From the NCBI GenBank assembly GCA_964556475.1, contig CAZKVU010000002.1:12271-76270 (forward strand): a stretch of DNA of 64,000 nt, given 5' to 3'. Positions 26,721-35,171 of this stretch are shown here, in pieces (within the stretch, counting starts at the first letter, position 1; each line of letters begins with the position of its first letter). A model generated the notes under the pieces. The model was not told where the DNA came from. It made no database searches and saw nothing but the letters and a program-made list of their open reading frames with translations. A program made the translations under genes and the position numbers. This stretch comes from an uncultured Gammaproteobacteria bacterium (lineage in GTDB: Bacteria; Patescibacteriota; Microgenomatia; UBA1406; HO2-37-13b).

Positions 26721-28160
26721 CTACAGTTTGAATATAAATACGTTGTCACCCTGAAAAATAAGTTTAAATTCTTTTTTTACTTCTTCAGCAACTTCAGTTT
26801 TAGCTGTGACAAAATATTCAGCTCCATGTTCGCTTTTCAGTTTTGCAAGAGGTTCTGTAGTTGCAGGAAAACCTTTGCGGTCAGATAAGTATAAAAGCGT
26901 TGTGTCACCATCGCGATCAGTAACAAGTAGTGAACCTGGAGGGGTGATTGTTTGAATAATGTTACCTATCTGAACAAGGTCTTCACTGACATGATAATAA
27001 TCTTTTACTTTTTCATATGACATACCAACAGAGAATGCAAGAAGCGCACAGATAACAACAAAATTAAGTGGTCTACCTAAGAAAAGATCGCCACCCTTGA
27101 AAAAGAAACTTACTCCAATGCCAATAAAAATGGCAATTGCCGGCAATATCATGGTCTGATAATAGTCATGCTGTACGTTACCTCCCTGGAAAGTGAAGAG
27201 ATAGATGAGCGAAGCAAGTCCGATCATATGAAGCAAGTATTTCTTTGGATTATTAAGAGCGCCAACAATTAAGAATGCTGCTGCATATCCACCTGAGATA
27301 AGTAGCAATATGCGTTCATAGAAAATCCATCTGAAAAATGCAGGTCTGAAAAAGATCACTTTAGCACCCTCAAATGTGTTAACTGTTGTAAATAGCCATG
27401 TGAATCCAGGTATGCCTTCAGGATGAGCGCTTATGTAATTTCTCCATAGAAAAAGTGGAATTATTGTTACGCCAAAAAATAAAATGGGCAGCAATGACAC
27501 AAAAATGCGCCGCTTGTATGTTGTTAAGAAAATATAGCCGAGTGGTAGAAAATAAAAACCCGCTGTTGGCTTAACAAGAATAGATAATGAAGCACATAAA
27601 CCTGCAAGTACAATAAGCATTCTTTTTTTTGAAGTAGATTTTGAATGTTGCCACAGATACAAAAAGAAAATGCTCATCATAACCAAACCGAGTGCAGTCA
27701 TCTCTGGAAGAATGACGCGAGAATAATAGACAAAGAACGGAAATACTGCAAAAACAAGAGCCGAAGTAAATGCTGCTATTCTGTTTTCTTCTTTGACAAC
27801 AAGATAGTAAATAATGGAAATAACTATAAGAGAAAATGCTATCGTAACAAGCCGGCCATATATCTCTAAGCTAAAATATGGTAATGCCTGGCGCAGCGAT
27901 GCAAAGAGAGCATTATAGAGAGGAAATTCTACAAGTCGGTATCCTTCGGGATTGTACTGACCAGACGGGATACTTGATAAATCGTCAAATTTGGGGTTAA
28001 AAAGATCAATTCCGGTGCGTGTATAATTTCGAGCAACAGCTGCCGTATCAACCTGCCTCCATGAATGCCAATCTGCTACCGGAGAATCTACTTTATACAA
28101 TCGTAATGCTAGTGCAATAAGCAGAATTATTCCAAGTATAAGAAAGTCTTTTTTTTTCAT
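26721..28160 (-). CDS. Polytopic membrane glycosyltransferase, GT-C type (ArnT/PMT-like)
   Basis: 479 aa, multi-TM, with DWHSWRQVDTAAVARNY in the first loop. Confidence 0.55.
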   Translation of the reverse strand: MKKKDFLILGIILLIALALRLYKVDSPVADWHSWRQVDTAAVARNYTRTGIDLFNPKFDDLSSIPSGQYNPEGYRLVEFPLYNALFASLRQALPYFSLEIYGRLVTIAFSLIVISIIYYLVVKEENRIAAFTSALVFAVFPFFVYYSRVILPEMTALGLVMMSIFFLYLWQHSKSTSKKRMLIVLAGLCASLSILVKPTAGFYFLPLGYIFLTTYKRRIFVSLLPILFFGVTIIPLFLWRNYISAHPEGIPGFTWLFTTVNTFEGAKVIFFRPAFFRWIFYERILLLISGGYAAAFLIVGALNNPKKYLLHMIGLASLIYLFTFQGGNVQHDYYQTMILPAIAIFIGIGVSFFFKGGDLFLGRPLNFVVICALLAFSVGMSYEKVKDYYHVSEDLVQIGNIIQTITPPGSLLVTDRDGDTTLLYLSDRKGFPATTEPLAKLKSEHGAEYFVTAKTEVAEEVKKEFKLIFQGDNVFIFKL

Positions 28161-28187
28161 AATTCATCTTCGAAATACAAACATCAC

Positions 28188-29882
28188 TTACAGTTTGTCA
28201 AGTTCGTCCTTATCAAGACGGGACATAGCAACAAACACACCCGCTGTTGTCCAGAAAATATACGCAACTTTTGAGGCTTCGAAAATATCAATAAGCAGAG
28301 CATTGATCAGAAGTCCAAAAAGCCCAAAAACAAATCCTGCTGCAAGCATTCGTTTGCTGTCACCAAGTTTCTTTCGCAGTACAAATAAATCTTTTACGAT
28401 GAGGAATAAAATATACATAAATAAGCCTGCGCCAAGTGCACCAGTTTCTCCAATCCATCTGAAGTAATCACCGTCAGAAGCTTCTGTAATCGAGGAAGGC
28501 CCTGTACCAAGGAGTGGATTCCGCATAAACGCACGGATGGCACGCGGCCAGCTCGCCTGAAATCGTGTTGTTAAAGAAACATCGGCAGCGGCAACAGTAA
28601 CCGTTTCATACGAAGATGGTGTAGCTTCTAGATTTCCGCTCATCGTAGCTTCATTTGATAATTGGATCTTTAATTTGGTTGATTCAGTACTGTCATTTGA
28701 TTCTTTTAATTTTACAAATGATGTTCCAGCAGGCAATTCATCGCTTTTAATTTTTTGAACCACCGCTTGCTCACCGGTTTTTTCATTAAGAACGACCTGT
28801 TTTACCTGTATGGTGCTGAACCATCGTTGAATCAAATCTTTATCAACATATGATAATCCGAGCGTTAGAACAACTACCAGTATCATGTATGGAATTTTCC
28901 GTACATAAAGCATATATGCAGAAATAGAAGCAAGAAATGCAATGGAGGCTGTTCGTGATGCTGTAAATACTAGAATGAGAATAGCTACTATGTTGATGAC
29001 AAATTGCACGAGCTTTTGAGATATATCAAACAAAAGGAAATAGAGAAGGATCGAGATAGCCATGGTCATAACGATAATCTGATTAAATGGCGCCTGGCTG
29101 GCAGACAGAGCCGTTTCAATGAACCCTGCCGCATACACGCTGCGGGTAAATAAGTATGCAGACATGAGGATCGGTAGCAATGCAGCTGTGAAAACAAGCC
29201 ATCGCTCTTTATCTGGAATAGTGAGTTTCTTTTTTTGCTTCAAATAAAAGAATAGACCCCAGAGTATCGGCATAATGAAAACAAGATAACCGCTCAAATC
29301 ATAGTGCCCTGCAAAAGTAGAGCTTAAACGTGCTTCTGGTGTGAGAAAAAGAATTCTACCTTTTGCGAATTCAGGGTTCATTGTTGAAACTGCTGGGAAG
29401 TCAAAGAAGCGCTGTCCTATTCCGTACACGATGATAAGGAAGTTAGATGCCATAAGAGAGTACAGTAATAATGAGAAATCCTTGGCTTTCTTAATAGATG
29501 AGAACGCAATAAAGAACAGAATCATATACTGAACACGTCGAGCTGCATTCAGTAGCCCTAGAAAATGGTAATCTACAGTTTTTGTTATGAAAATGCCTGA
29601 AAGCAATGCCGCAAATACTATCCCCCAAAATGCAAGAATAGGTTTCCAATACGGCAGGTCCTTTAGGCTAACTTTTTTTCTGATTACCTGGAGGATGTAT
29701 ACGGCAACGATAAGTGCAACAAAGAAATCATCAAATCTGACAGAAATATATGTGTAGGTTATTGATTGAAAAGGAAATTTAGGAAAGAGTGGGATAAAAA
29801 AAACAAAAAAAACCAGTAGAATCTTGAGAATGTTGTTGTCAATCCATTTGAGCCACTTCATATGCTTTAGTGTATGTGTCAA
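28188..29882 (-). CDS. O-antigen ligase / polymerase-like (Wzy_C-type) membrane protein
   Basis: 564 aa and multi-TM, with a large loop and an SRTASIAF segment reminiscent of the Wzy_C family. Confidence 0.5.
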   Translation of the reverse strand: MTHTLKHMKWLKWIDNNILKILLVFFVFFIPLFPKFPFQSITYTYISVRFDDFFVALIVAVYILQVIRKKVSLKDLPYWKPILAFWGIVFAALLSGIFITKTVDYHFLGLLNAARRVQYMILFFIAFSSIKKAKDFSLLLYSLMASNFLIIVYGIGQRFFDFPAVSTMNPEFAKGRILFLTPEARLSSTFAGHYDLSGYLVFIMPILWGLFFYLKQKKKLTIPDKERWLVFTAALLPILMSAYLFTRSVYAAGFIETALSASQAPFNQIIVMTMAISILLYFLLFDISQKLVQFVINIVAILILVFTASRTASIAFLASISAYMLYVRKIPYMILVVVLTLGLSYVDKDLIQRWFSTIQVKQVVLNEKTGEQAVVQKIKSDELPAGTSFVKLKESNDSTESTKLKIQLSNEATMSGNLEATPSSYETVTVAAADVSLTTRFQASWPRAIRAFMRNPLLGTGPSSITEASDGDYFRWIGETGALGAGLFMYILFLIVKDLFVLRKKLGDSKRMLAAGFVFGLFGLLINALLIDIFEASKVAYIFWTTAGVFVAMSRLDKDELDKL

Positions 29883-30750
29883 TTAAATAGTTGCTACCAA
29901 TTACCTTTCCGATAACTAATGATACTATAGCCTTTAATTTTAGCATATAACGCAGCATCTGAAGATGCAAGCGCGGATAGTGTTTTTTATAGAAATAAAT
30001 ATAACCTTCATAAACACGAAGAATAGGCTGCTGGCGCGATGAACTCGAGCTGCCTTCGTGGTGAATAAATTTTGCCTGTGGGTAGTAACCAGTTGTGCAG
30101 TTTTTTGTATAGCCCCGATATTGTAAGTCCAACTCTTCCCAGTACATAAAAATGTTTTCATCAAATCCGTGAAGTTTATTAAAAACTGCTGCCGAAGTTA
30201 TAAGACATGCTCCTGATACCCAGTCGACTTGTTTAGGTGACGATGGGGCAAAGCGGCTGAATCCCCAGTAATCGGATTTCAGGAAAAGTGCAGCTGCTGA
30301 AACCCCGAGTGAATAAAATTTCCCTGCAGATTTCTGTATAGAGCCATCGGGATTTAGAAGACGTGCACCAGCAAATTTATAGTCGGATTGAATGAACCAG
30401 CTTAGAAGCTGCGGAATGGCGTCTTCAATAACTTCGATATCTGAGTTTAAAAACAGGAAATATTCGCCTGATGCTTTTTTAGTAGCCTTATTATTTCCCT
30501 TTGAAAAGCCCAAATTTTCTGCGGACTCAATAAGCGTATAGCGCATGTTCTTTGATTGTGGTTTATACGATCGTAGCATCTCTACGCTCCCATCTGTGGA
30601 ATTATTATCAAGTACGCATATCTGATAGGTGTGTTTATCATCCGCTTGGACTGATACATCTACCGACTGTAAACATTTTTTTGTCAGTTCTCGGGTGTTG
30701 TATGACAATATGATGATTGAAAGATCTGTCATAGCCTCATTATACGTCAT
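29839..30750 (-). CDS. Glycosyltransferase, GT2 family
   Basis: LSIIILSYNTRELT...VLDNNSTDGS signature. Confidence 0.8.
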   Translation of the reverse strand: MTYNEAMTDLSIIILSYNTRELTKKCLQSVDVSVQADDKHTYQICVLDNNSTDGSVEMLRSYKPQSKNMRYTLIESAENLGFSKGNNKATKKASGEYFLFLNSDIEVIEDAIPQLLSWFIQSDYKFAGARLLNPDGSIQKSAGKFYSLGVSAAALFLKSDYWGFSRFAPSSPKQVDWVSGACLITSAAVFNKLHGFDENIFMYWEELDLQYRGYTKNCTTGYYPQAKFIHHEGSSSSSRQQPILRVYEGYIYFYKKHYPRLHLQMLRYMLKLKAIVSLVIGKVIGSNYLIDTYTKAYEVAQMD

Positions 30751-30758
30751 ATCAGTGT

Positions 30759-30780
30759 TTTATACATTCTTTGATATAAT
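30759..30780. promoter_or_regulatory. Back-to-back divergent -10 elements in a 36-bp intergenic region
   Basis: The rc of 30759-30764 reads TATAAA, 8 nt from the minus-strand ATG (30750). TGATATAAT at 30772-30780 lies 6 nt from the glyQS ATG (30787). Confidence 0.5.
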
Positions 30781-30786
30781 TTCTCT

Positions 30787-32145
30787 ATGTCACACGCTAC
30801 AGTAGACAAACTATCTTCAATGATGAAGCAGCGGGGATTTGTATATCCATCCTCAGAGATTTATGGTGGATGGGAAGCAACGTATGATTTTGGACCGCTC
30901 GGTGCTGAAATGCTTCGAAATATCCGCAATTTATGGTGGATAAATTTTGTTCATAAACAACATAACATCGTTGGTCTCGACAGCGCTATTATTTCCCATC
31001 CGAAAGTTTGGGAGGCGAGTGGTCACGTTGAGTCGTTTGCAGACGTTATGGTTGAAGATACCGTGACAAATAAAAGATACAGAGCGGATCATCTTATCGA
31101 GGAGCAACTTGAGATGTCGGTTGATGGTATGGAGCCGAATGAAATTGATGAAGTAATCGAAAAGAATAATATCTTGAGTCCTGATGGCAATCCACTTTCA
31201 AAAGCAAAACGGTTTAATAATCTTGTCGAAGTAAATATAGGAACCATTGATAATGCAAAATCGCTAGCTTACCTTCGCGGGGAAACCTGTCAGCCTGTTT
31301 TCTACAACTTTAAGTTGGTAAAAGATTCGTCCCGTCAAAAAATACCCTTCGGGATAGCTCAAATTGGTAAGGCATTTAGAAATGAAATTAAAGTCGGTCC
31401 ATATATTTTTAGAACTCGTGAGTTTGAACAGATGGAGCTTGAGATGTTTGTTGCTCCTGATCAAGGAGATCAGGCGTATGCACATTTTAAGGAGATGACA
31501 TTAGACTGGCTCCTGTCACTTGGAATTGACTCAGGAAAATTGAGGTTCCGTGATCAGGATTTTAAAGAAAGAGCTCATTATAATAAAGTTGCTACTGACT
31601 TAGAGTATGAATTCCCATTTGGCTGGAAGGAGTTTCAGGGTATTCATAACAGAGGAAATTGGGATTTAACCCGTCATGGTAAATTTTCAGGAACTGATTT
31701 CACCTATACAGATCCAGTTACATCAGAACAATACATCCCTCATGTTGTCGAGTATTCGATTGGTCTTAACAGGCTTATGCTTGTCTTGATGTTTGATGCA
31801 TATTGTGAAGAAGATAATCGTGTTGTATTAAAACTTCATCCAAAAGTAGCCCCATATAAAGCAGCAGTTTTCCCATTAGTAAGAAATAAAGAGGAAATAA
31901 CAGGTAAAGCAAAGGAAATATTCAATACACTGCTTGATGCGGGCATTCACGTTGCTTGGGATGACCGAGGGAATATTGGTAAACGATACTTATCGCAGGA
32001 TGAAATAGGAACCCCTTATTGTATAACTATTGATTATGATACACTTGAAGATAATTCGGTTACTGTCCGCGATCGAGATACAATGAATCAGGTGCGGATG
32101 AATGCCAGCGAATTAACAAACTATATTATCGATTCACTCAAATAA
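30787..32145 (+). CDS. glyQS: Glycine--tRNA ligase (single-chain class II GlyQS type)
   Basis: N-terminus KQRGFVYPSSEIYGG...YDFGPLG, FRNEI and FRTREFEQME motifs, and 452 aa. Confidence 0.9.
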   Translation: MSHATVDKLSSMMKQRGFVYPSSEIYGGWEATYDFGPLGAEMLRNIRNLWWINFVHKQHNIVGLDSAIISHPKVWEASGHVESFADVMVEDTVTNKRYRADHLIEEQLEMSVDGMEPNEIDEVIEKNNILSPDGNPLSKAKRFNNLVEVNIGTIDNAKSLAYLRGETCQPVFYNFKLVKDSSRQKIPFGIAQIGKAFRNEIKVGPYIFRTREFEQMELEMFVAPDQGDQAYAHFKEMTLDWLLSLGIDSGKLRFRDQDFKERAHYNKVATDLEYEFPFGWKEFQGIHNRGNWDLTRHGKFSGTDFTYTDPVTSEQYIPHVVEYSIGLNRLMLVLMFDAYCEEDNRVVLKLHPKVAPYKAAVFPLVRNKEEITGKAKEIFNTLLDAGIHVAWDDRGNIGKRYLSQDEIGTPYCITIDYDTLEDNSVTVRDRDTMNQVRMNASELTNYIIDSLK

Positions 32146-32151
32146 CCTATT

Positions 32152-32631
32152 ATGAATTTAAAAAACATGAAGAATAAAAATCTTATTGTTGTTGGGGGCA
32201 TTTTATTGATTCTTGTTATTGGAGGTTTTTTACTGACACGATCAAGCGGCGGCAGTAAGCAGAGTAGCAAATTAGATTCATTACCAGACGTCGAAGTTAT
32301 TCCTACAGTTGGTCCTGAAGTTAAGGTAAACCTCAAGGCTGATAAGCTAAAGCATGAGGTTACAATGTCGATAGCAGGAGTACCAGATGGTACCAACTCA
32401 ATCGAATATGAATTTTCATATGATAAGGTTGTTGATGGCGAATCTATTCCAGATGGTGCCATTGGAACGATTGAATTTGATGGTGAAGATCCTGTATCAC
32501 GGGACATAACACTTGGTACATGTTCTGCAAAAGTGTGTAAGTATCATGAAGGAGTAAAAATGATTAAAGTAGTATTAAAATTCCAAGGGGATTATGGTTC
32601 AAAACTCTTCCAGGATGAATTTGGTATCTAA
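32152..32631 (+). CDS. Membrane-anchored hypothetical protein
   Basis: N-terminal TM (LIVVGGILLILVIGGFLL) followed by a beta-rich soluble domain. No recognised motif. Confidence 0.5.
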   Translation: MNLKNMKNKNLIVVGGILLILVIGGFLLTRSSGGSKQSSKLDSLPDVEVIPTVGPEVKVNLKADKLKHEVTMSIAGVPDGTNSIEYEFSYDKVVDGESIPDGAIGTIEFDGEDPVSRDITLGTCSAKVCKYHEGVKMIKVVLKFQGDYGSKLFQDEFGI

Positions 32632-32667
32632 CTGACAATCCACACAAAATTGAGCTAGTTTGATCTA

Positions 32668-32696
32668 TTGACAGGTATTTTGCAACATGTTACTAT
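32668..32696 (+). promoter_or_regulatory. Sigma70-type promoter: TTGACA, 17-nt spacer, TACTAT
   Basis: TTGACA at 32668-32673 and TACTAT at 32691-32696. It lies upstream of the secreted-protein gene. Confidence 0.6.
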
Positions 32697-32711
32697 CTTC
32701 TCAATTGGGTC

Positions 32712-33458
32712 TTGAGGTTTATGAAAAAAACATTTATTCCGCTTTTTATTTTTGGTTTATTCAGTTTATTCTTATTGAGAAATTCATTTGTTGAAGGTGC
32801 GGATAATGTGTGTTTTTGTCACAATATTAATAATAATCCTAATACAATTTGCACAGATGACCAGGGACAAATTAATGGACACATGGGCCACGTTGATTCT
32901 GGAATGGATTCACTTGGTGCCTGTGTAGCAGATTTATCCCCAACTCCAACAATTAATCCATCTATAACACCGACCGTTACACCAACAGCCGCAATTGAAC
33001 CATCTATAACACCAACACTTACGCCAACGCCAACAGAAGAACCACAGGTTACACCATCTGCTACCCCGACACCAACAATCGTTGCTCCATCTGTCACCCC
33101 AACACCAACCCTAACAGTGCCATCACCAACAACTAAGCCTGTATCTGGTTGTACAGTGCCACAATTTGTAACCTCATTCCTCGGGACATCAGGCATTAAC
33201 ATAATCAATGTCAACGTTCTATGCGCCAAACAAAAATCTACTTCAGTCAATAACACTGGAGGGAATGTTACCAGCGGAAATATCGGTGGGGGAACAATTG
33301 GTACCGGTGTAGCTAGCAACACAACAACTCAAAGCATTAGCGGAAATTCAAACTCTACAACTGCTACAAGCACCGGAGGAGGTGCGACAAATAACGTGAG
33401 TATTATTAATAGCGCGCTGAACAGCATCTTCAATATCTTCTCTCAAAGCAATCATTAG
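32712..33458 (+). CDS. Secreted protein: Cys/His-rich N-terminal module, Pro-Thr linker, Asn/Gly/Thr/Ser-rich C-terminus
   Basis: Signal peptide (KKTFIPLFIFGLFSLFLL). The track starts at TTG 32712, but ATG 32721 preceded by GAGG (32714-32717) is the likelier start. Confidence 0.6.
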   Translation: MRFMKKTFIPLFIFGLFSLFLLRNSFVEGADNVCFCHNINNNPNTICTDDQGQINGHMGHVDSGMDSLGACVADLSPTPTINPSITPTVTPTAAIEPSITPTLTPTPTEEPQVTPSATPTPTIVAPSVTPTPTLTVPSPTTKPVSGCTVPQFVTSFLGTSGINIINVNVLCAKQKSTSVNNTGGNVTSGNIGGGTIGTGVASNTTTQSISGNSNSTTATSTGGGATNNVSIINSALNSIFNIFSQSNH

Positions 33459-33543
33459 CCTTCCATCATCCCCATCAATAATTAGTGGCTTTACTTTCTT
33501 TGTTTATTAGCACATATAGTGGTTTACCACTTAACATAACACC

Positions 33544-33597
33544 TTGACTGACGTGACAATTGTGGTGTATTATGGTTATAAATGGTGTTTTATGGTG
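33544..33597 (+). promoter_or_regulatory. mraZ promoter (TTGACT, 18-nt spacer, TATTAT) overlapped by four phased TGGT[GT] boxes (putative MraZ operator)
   Basis: TTGACT at 33544-33549 and TATTAT at 33568-33573. TGGTG/TGGTT/TGGTG/TGGTG begin at 33563, 33573, 33583 and 33593, exactly 10 bp apart. An inverted pair GTGGT-TT-ACCAC lies at 33519-33530. Confidence 0.5.
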
Positions 33598-33980
33598 AAT
33601 ACACCGTTATGGTGACCGAGGGTGGAAGAATAGCAATTCCGAAAAAGATTCGAGAGAATTTAACCGGAAATATGCTTATTTTGACAAAAGGTTTTGATGT
33701 TTGTTTAGCAGGTTACGACAATCAGGATTGGCAAAAGAGAACACAAGATCTGATGGGCGTATCACTTCTAGACAAAGAACACATTGACAAACGGCGAGTG
33801 CTTTTTTCAGGGGCACATGAGATCGAATTCGACGAGCAGGGCAGATGTGTCGTGCCAAAGGCTTTAATTGAATTTATGGGTTCGGGGTCGAAAAAAGTTA
33901 AGATTGTTGGTGTCGGTGACCATTTTGAAATTTGGAACGAAGAGAAATGGAATAGCTACCTCAATAATGTTGACATGTAA
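33582..33980 (+). CDS. mraZ: Transcriptional regulator MraZ
   Basis: MVFYGEY start and two SpoVT/AbrB-like halves (GGRIAIPKKIR; QGRCVVPKAL). First gene of the dcw cluster. Confidence 0.9.
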   Translation: MVFYGEYTVMVTEGGRIAIPKKIRENLTGNMLILTKGFDVCLAGYDNQDWQKRTQDLMGVSLLDKEHIDKRRVLFSGAHEIEFDEQGRCVVPKALIEFMGSGSKKVKIVGVGDHFEIWNEEKWNSYLNNVDM

Positions 33981-33982
33981 TT

Positions 33983-34810
33983 ATGCACACACCTGTATTG
34001 CTTGAAGAAAGTATCAAAGCTCTGAATGTCCGAAAGGATGGTCGCTATATCGACGCGACATATGGTCTTGGCGGACACAGTCGTGCCATAGCTCAGGCTG
34101 GAGGCTTGGTGCTTGGTATAGATTGGGATCAGGGAAACGTTGCAAATAGCACTGAAAGAGGCACGCCAGCCAATGTTATATTAGTTCACGGAAATTATGC
34201 GAACATTAAAAAAATTGCACAAGAAAATAACTGGGTACCTTGTCAAGGTATTATTTTTGATCTGGGACTATCGATGGACCAAATCAGATCATCGCAGAGA
34301 GGTTTTTCATACGAAGCAAGAAGTGAGCCACTTGATATGAGAATAGATATTTCACTTAAAACAACAGCATCTGACATTATTAACAGTTCGTCAGAGCAGG
34401 AACTTTATGACATATTTGCAAAAAATGCTGAAGAAATCAATTCTCGGTCAATTGCTCATGCTATTTACATCGCCCGTCGCCTGAATGCAATAGTGACAGT
34501 CGGAGGGTTGATTGATGCCATCAACAGCGCGACGAAGGACAGAAAAGCTGTAGCGCGAATTTTCCAGGCATTACGAGTCGAAGTTAATGATGAATTCAAC
34601 AATATTAGACAGGGACTATTAGAAGGATACGAAATACTGGATAGAGATGGAAGGATTGTTATTATCACCTTCCATCAAAGTGAAGATAGAATCGTCAAAC
34701 AGTATGCACGTGAGCACGGAATGAAAATGTTAACAGCAAAGCCGATAAAGAGCAGCTCGCATGCATCGTTTGAACGCTCAGCACATTTACGAATTATTCA
34801 AAAAAATTAA
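33983..34810 (+). CDS. rsmH: 16S rRNA (cytosine1402-N4)-methyltransferase RsmH
   Basis: HTPVLLEESI...YIDATYGLGGHS, plus its position after mraZ. Confidence 0.9.
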   Translation: MHTPVLLEESIKALNVRKDGRYIDATYGLGGHSRAIAQAGGLVLGIDWDQGNVANSTERGTPANVILVHGNYANIKKIAQENNWVPCQGIIFDLGLSMDQIRSSQRGFSYEARSEPLDMRIDISLKTTASDIINSSSEQELYDIFAKNAEEINSRSIAHAIYIARRLNAIVTVGGLIDAINSATKDRKAVARIFQALRVEVNDEFNNIRQGLLEGYEILDRDGRIVIITFHQSEDRIVKQYAREHGMKMLTAKPIKSSSHASFERSAHLRIIQKN

Positions 34811-34814
34811 AACA

Positions 34815-35153
34815 ATGAGATTAAGAAGAACATCGCCTCAACGCGAAACACTTAAACCACAAAAGAGCACCAGTTATTATGTCAAAATCGGATACTTATT
34901 CATTCTAGGAATGCTCTTAACTGGTAATATTTTTATGTTTGCCTCGTCTGTGAAAATTAGCGACCAAATAACAAATATCGAATCGCACATTGAAGATGTT
35001 CGAAAGGAGAATGCCGATCTGCAGCAAAGGGTTCTTGGTGAAAATTCAATGCAAACACTTGAATACATAGCACGAAAAAATGGGTTTACTGAAGAAGCAC
35101 AGCCTTACTACCTCGGTGAAACCGATTACGCTATGGCTAATACGACCCGTTAA
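34815..35153 (+). CDS. ftsL: FtsL-like cell division protein (single TM plus coiled coil)
   Basis: Position between rsmH and ftsI, with a TM (YLFILGMLLTGNIFMF) and then a heptad-like segment. The start is moved to ATG 34815 (track ORF 34761 overlaps rsmH). Confidence 0.55.
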   Translation: MRLRRTSPQRETLKPQKSTSYYVKIGYLFILGMLLTGNIFMFASSVKISDQITNIESHIEDVRKENADLQQRVLGENSMQTLEYIARKNGFTEEAQPYYLGETDYAMANTTR

Positions 35154-35171
35154 GTATGCTACACTCATAAT

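Noticed and set aside
32819-33322. A 167-aa antisense ORF lies opposite the PT-linker protein.
   Set aside because: It is an artefact of the repetitive ACN/CCN codons, whose reverse complement lacks stops. It has no start context or promoter, whereas the sense ORF has a signal peptide and a strong promoter.
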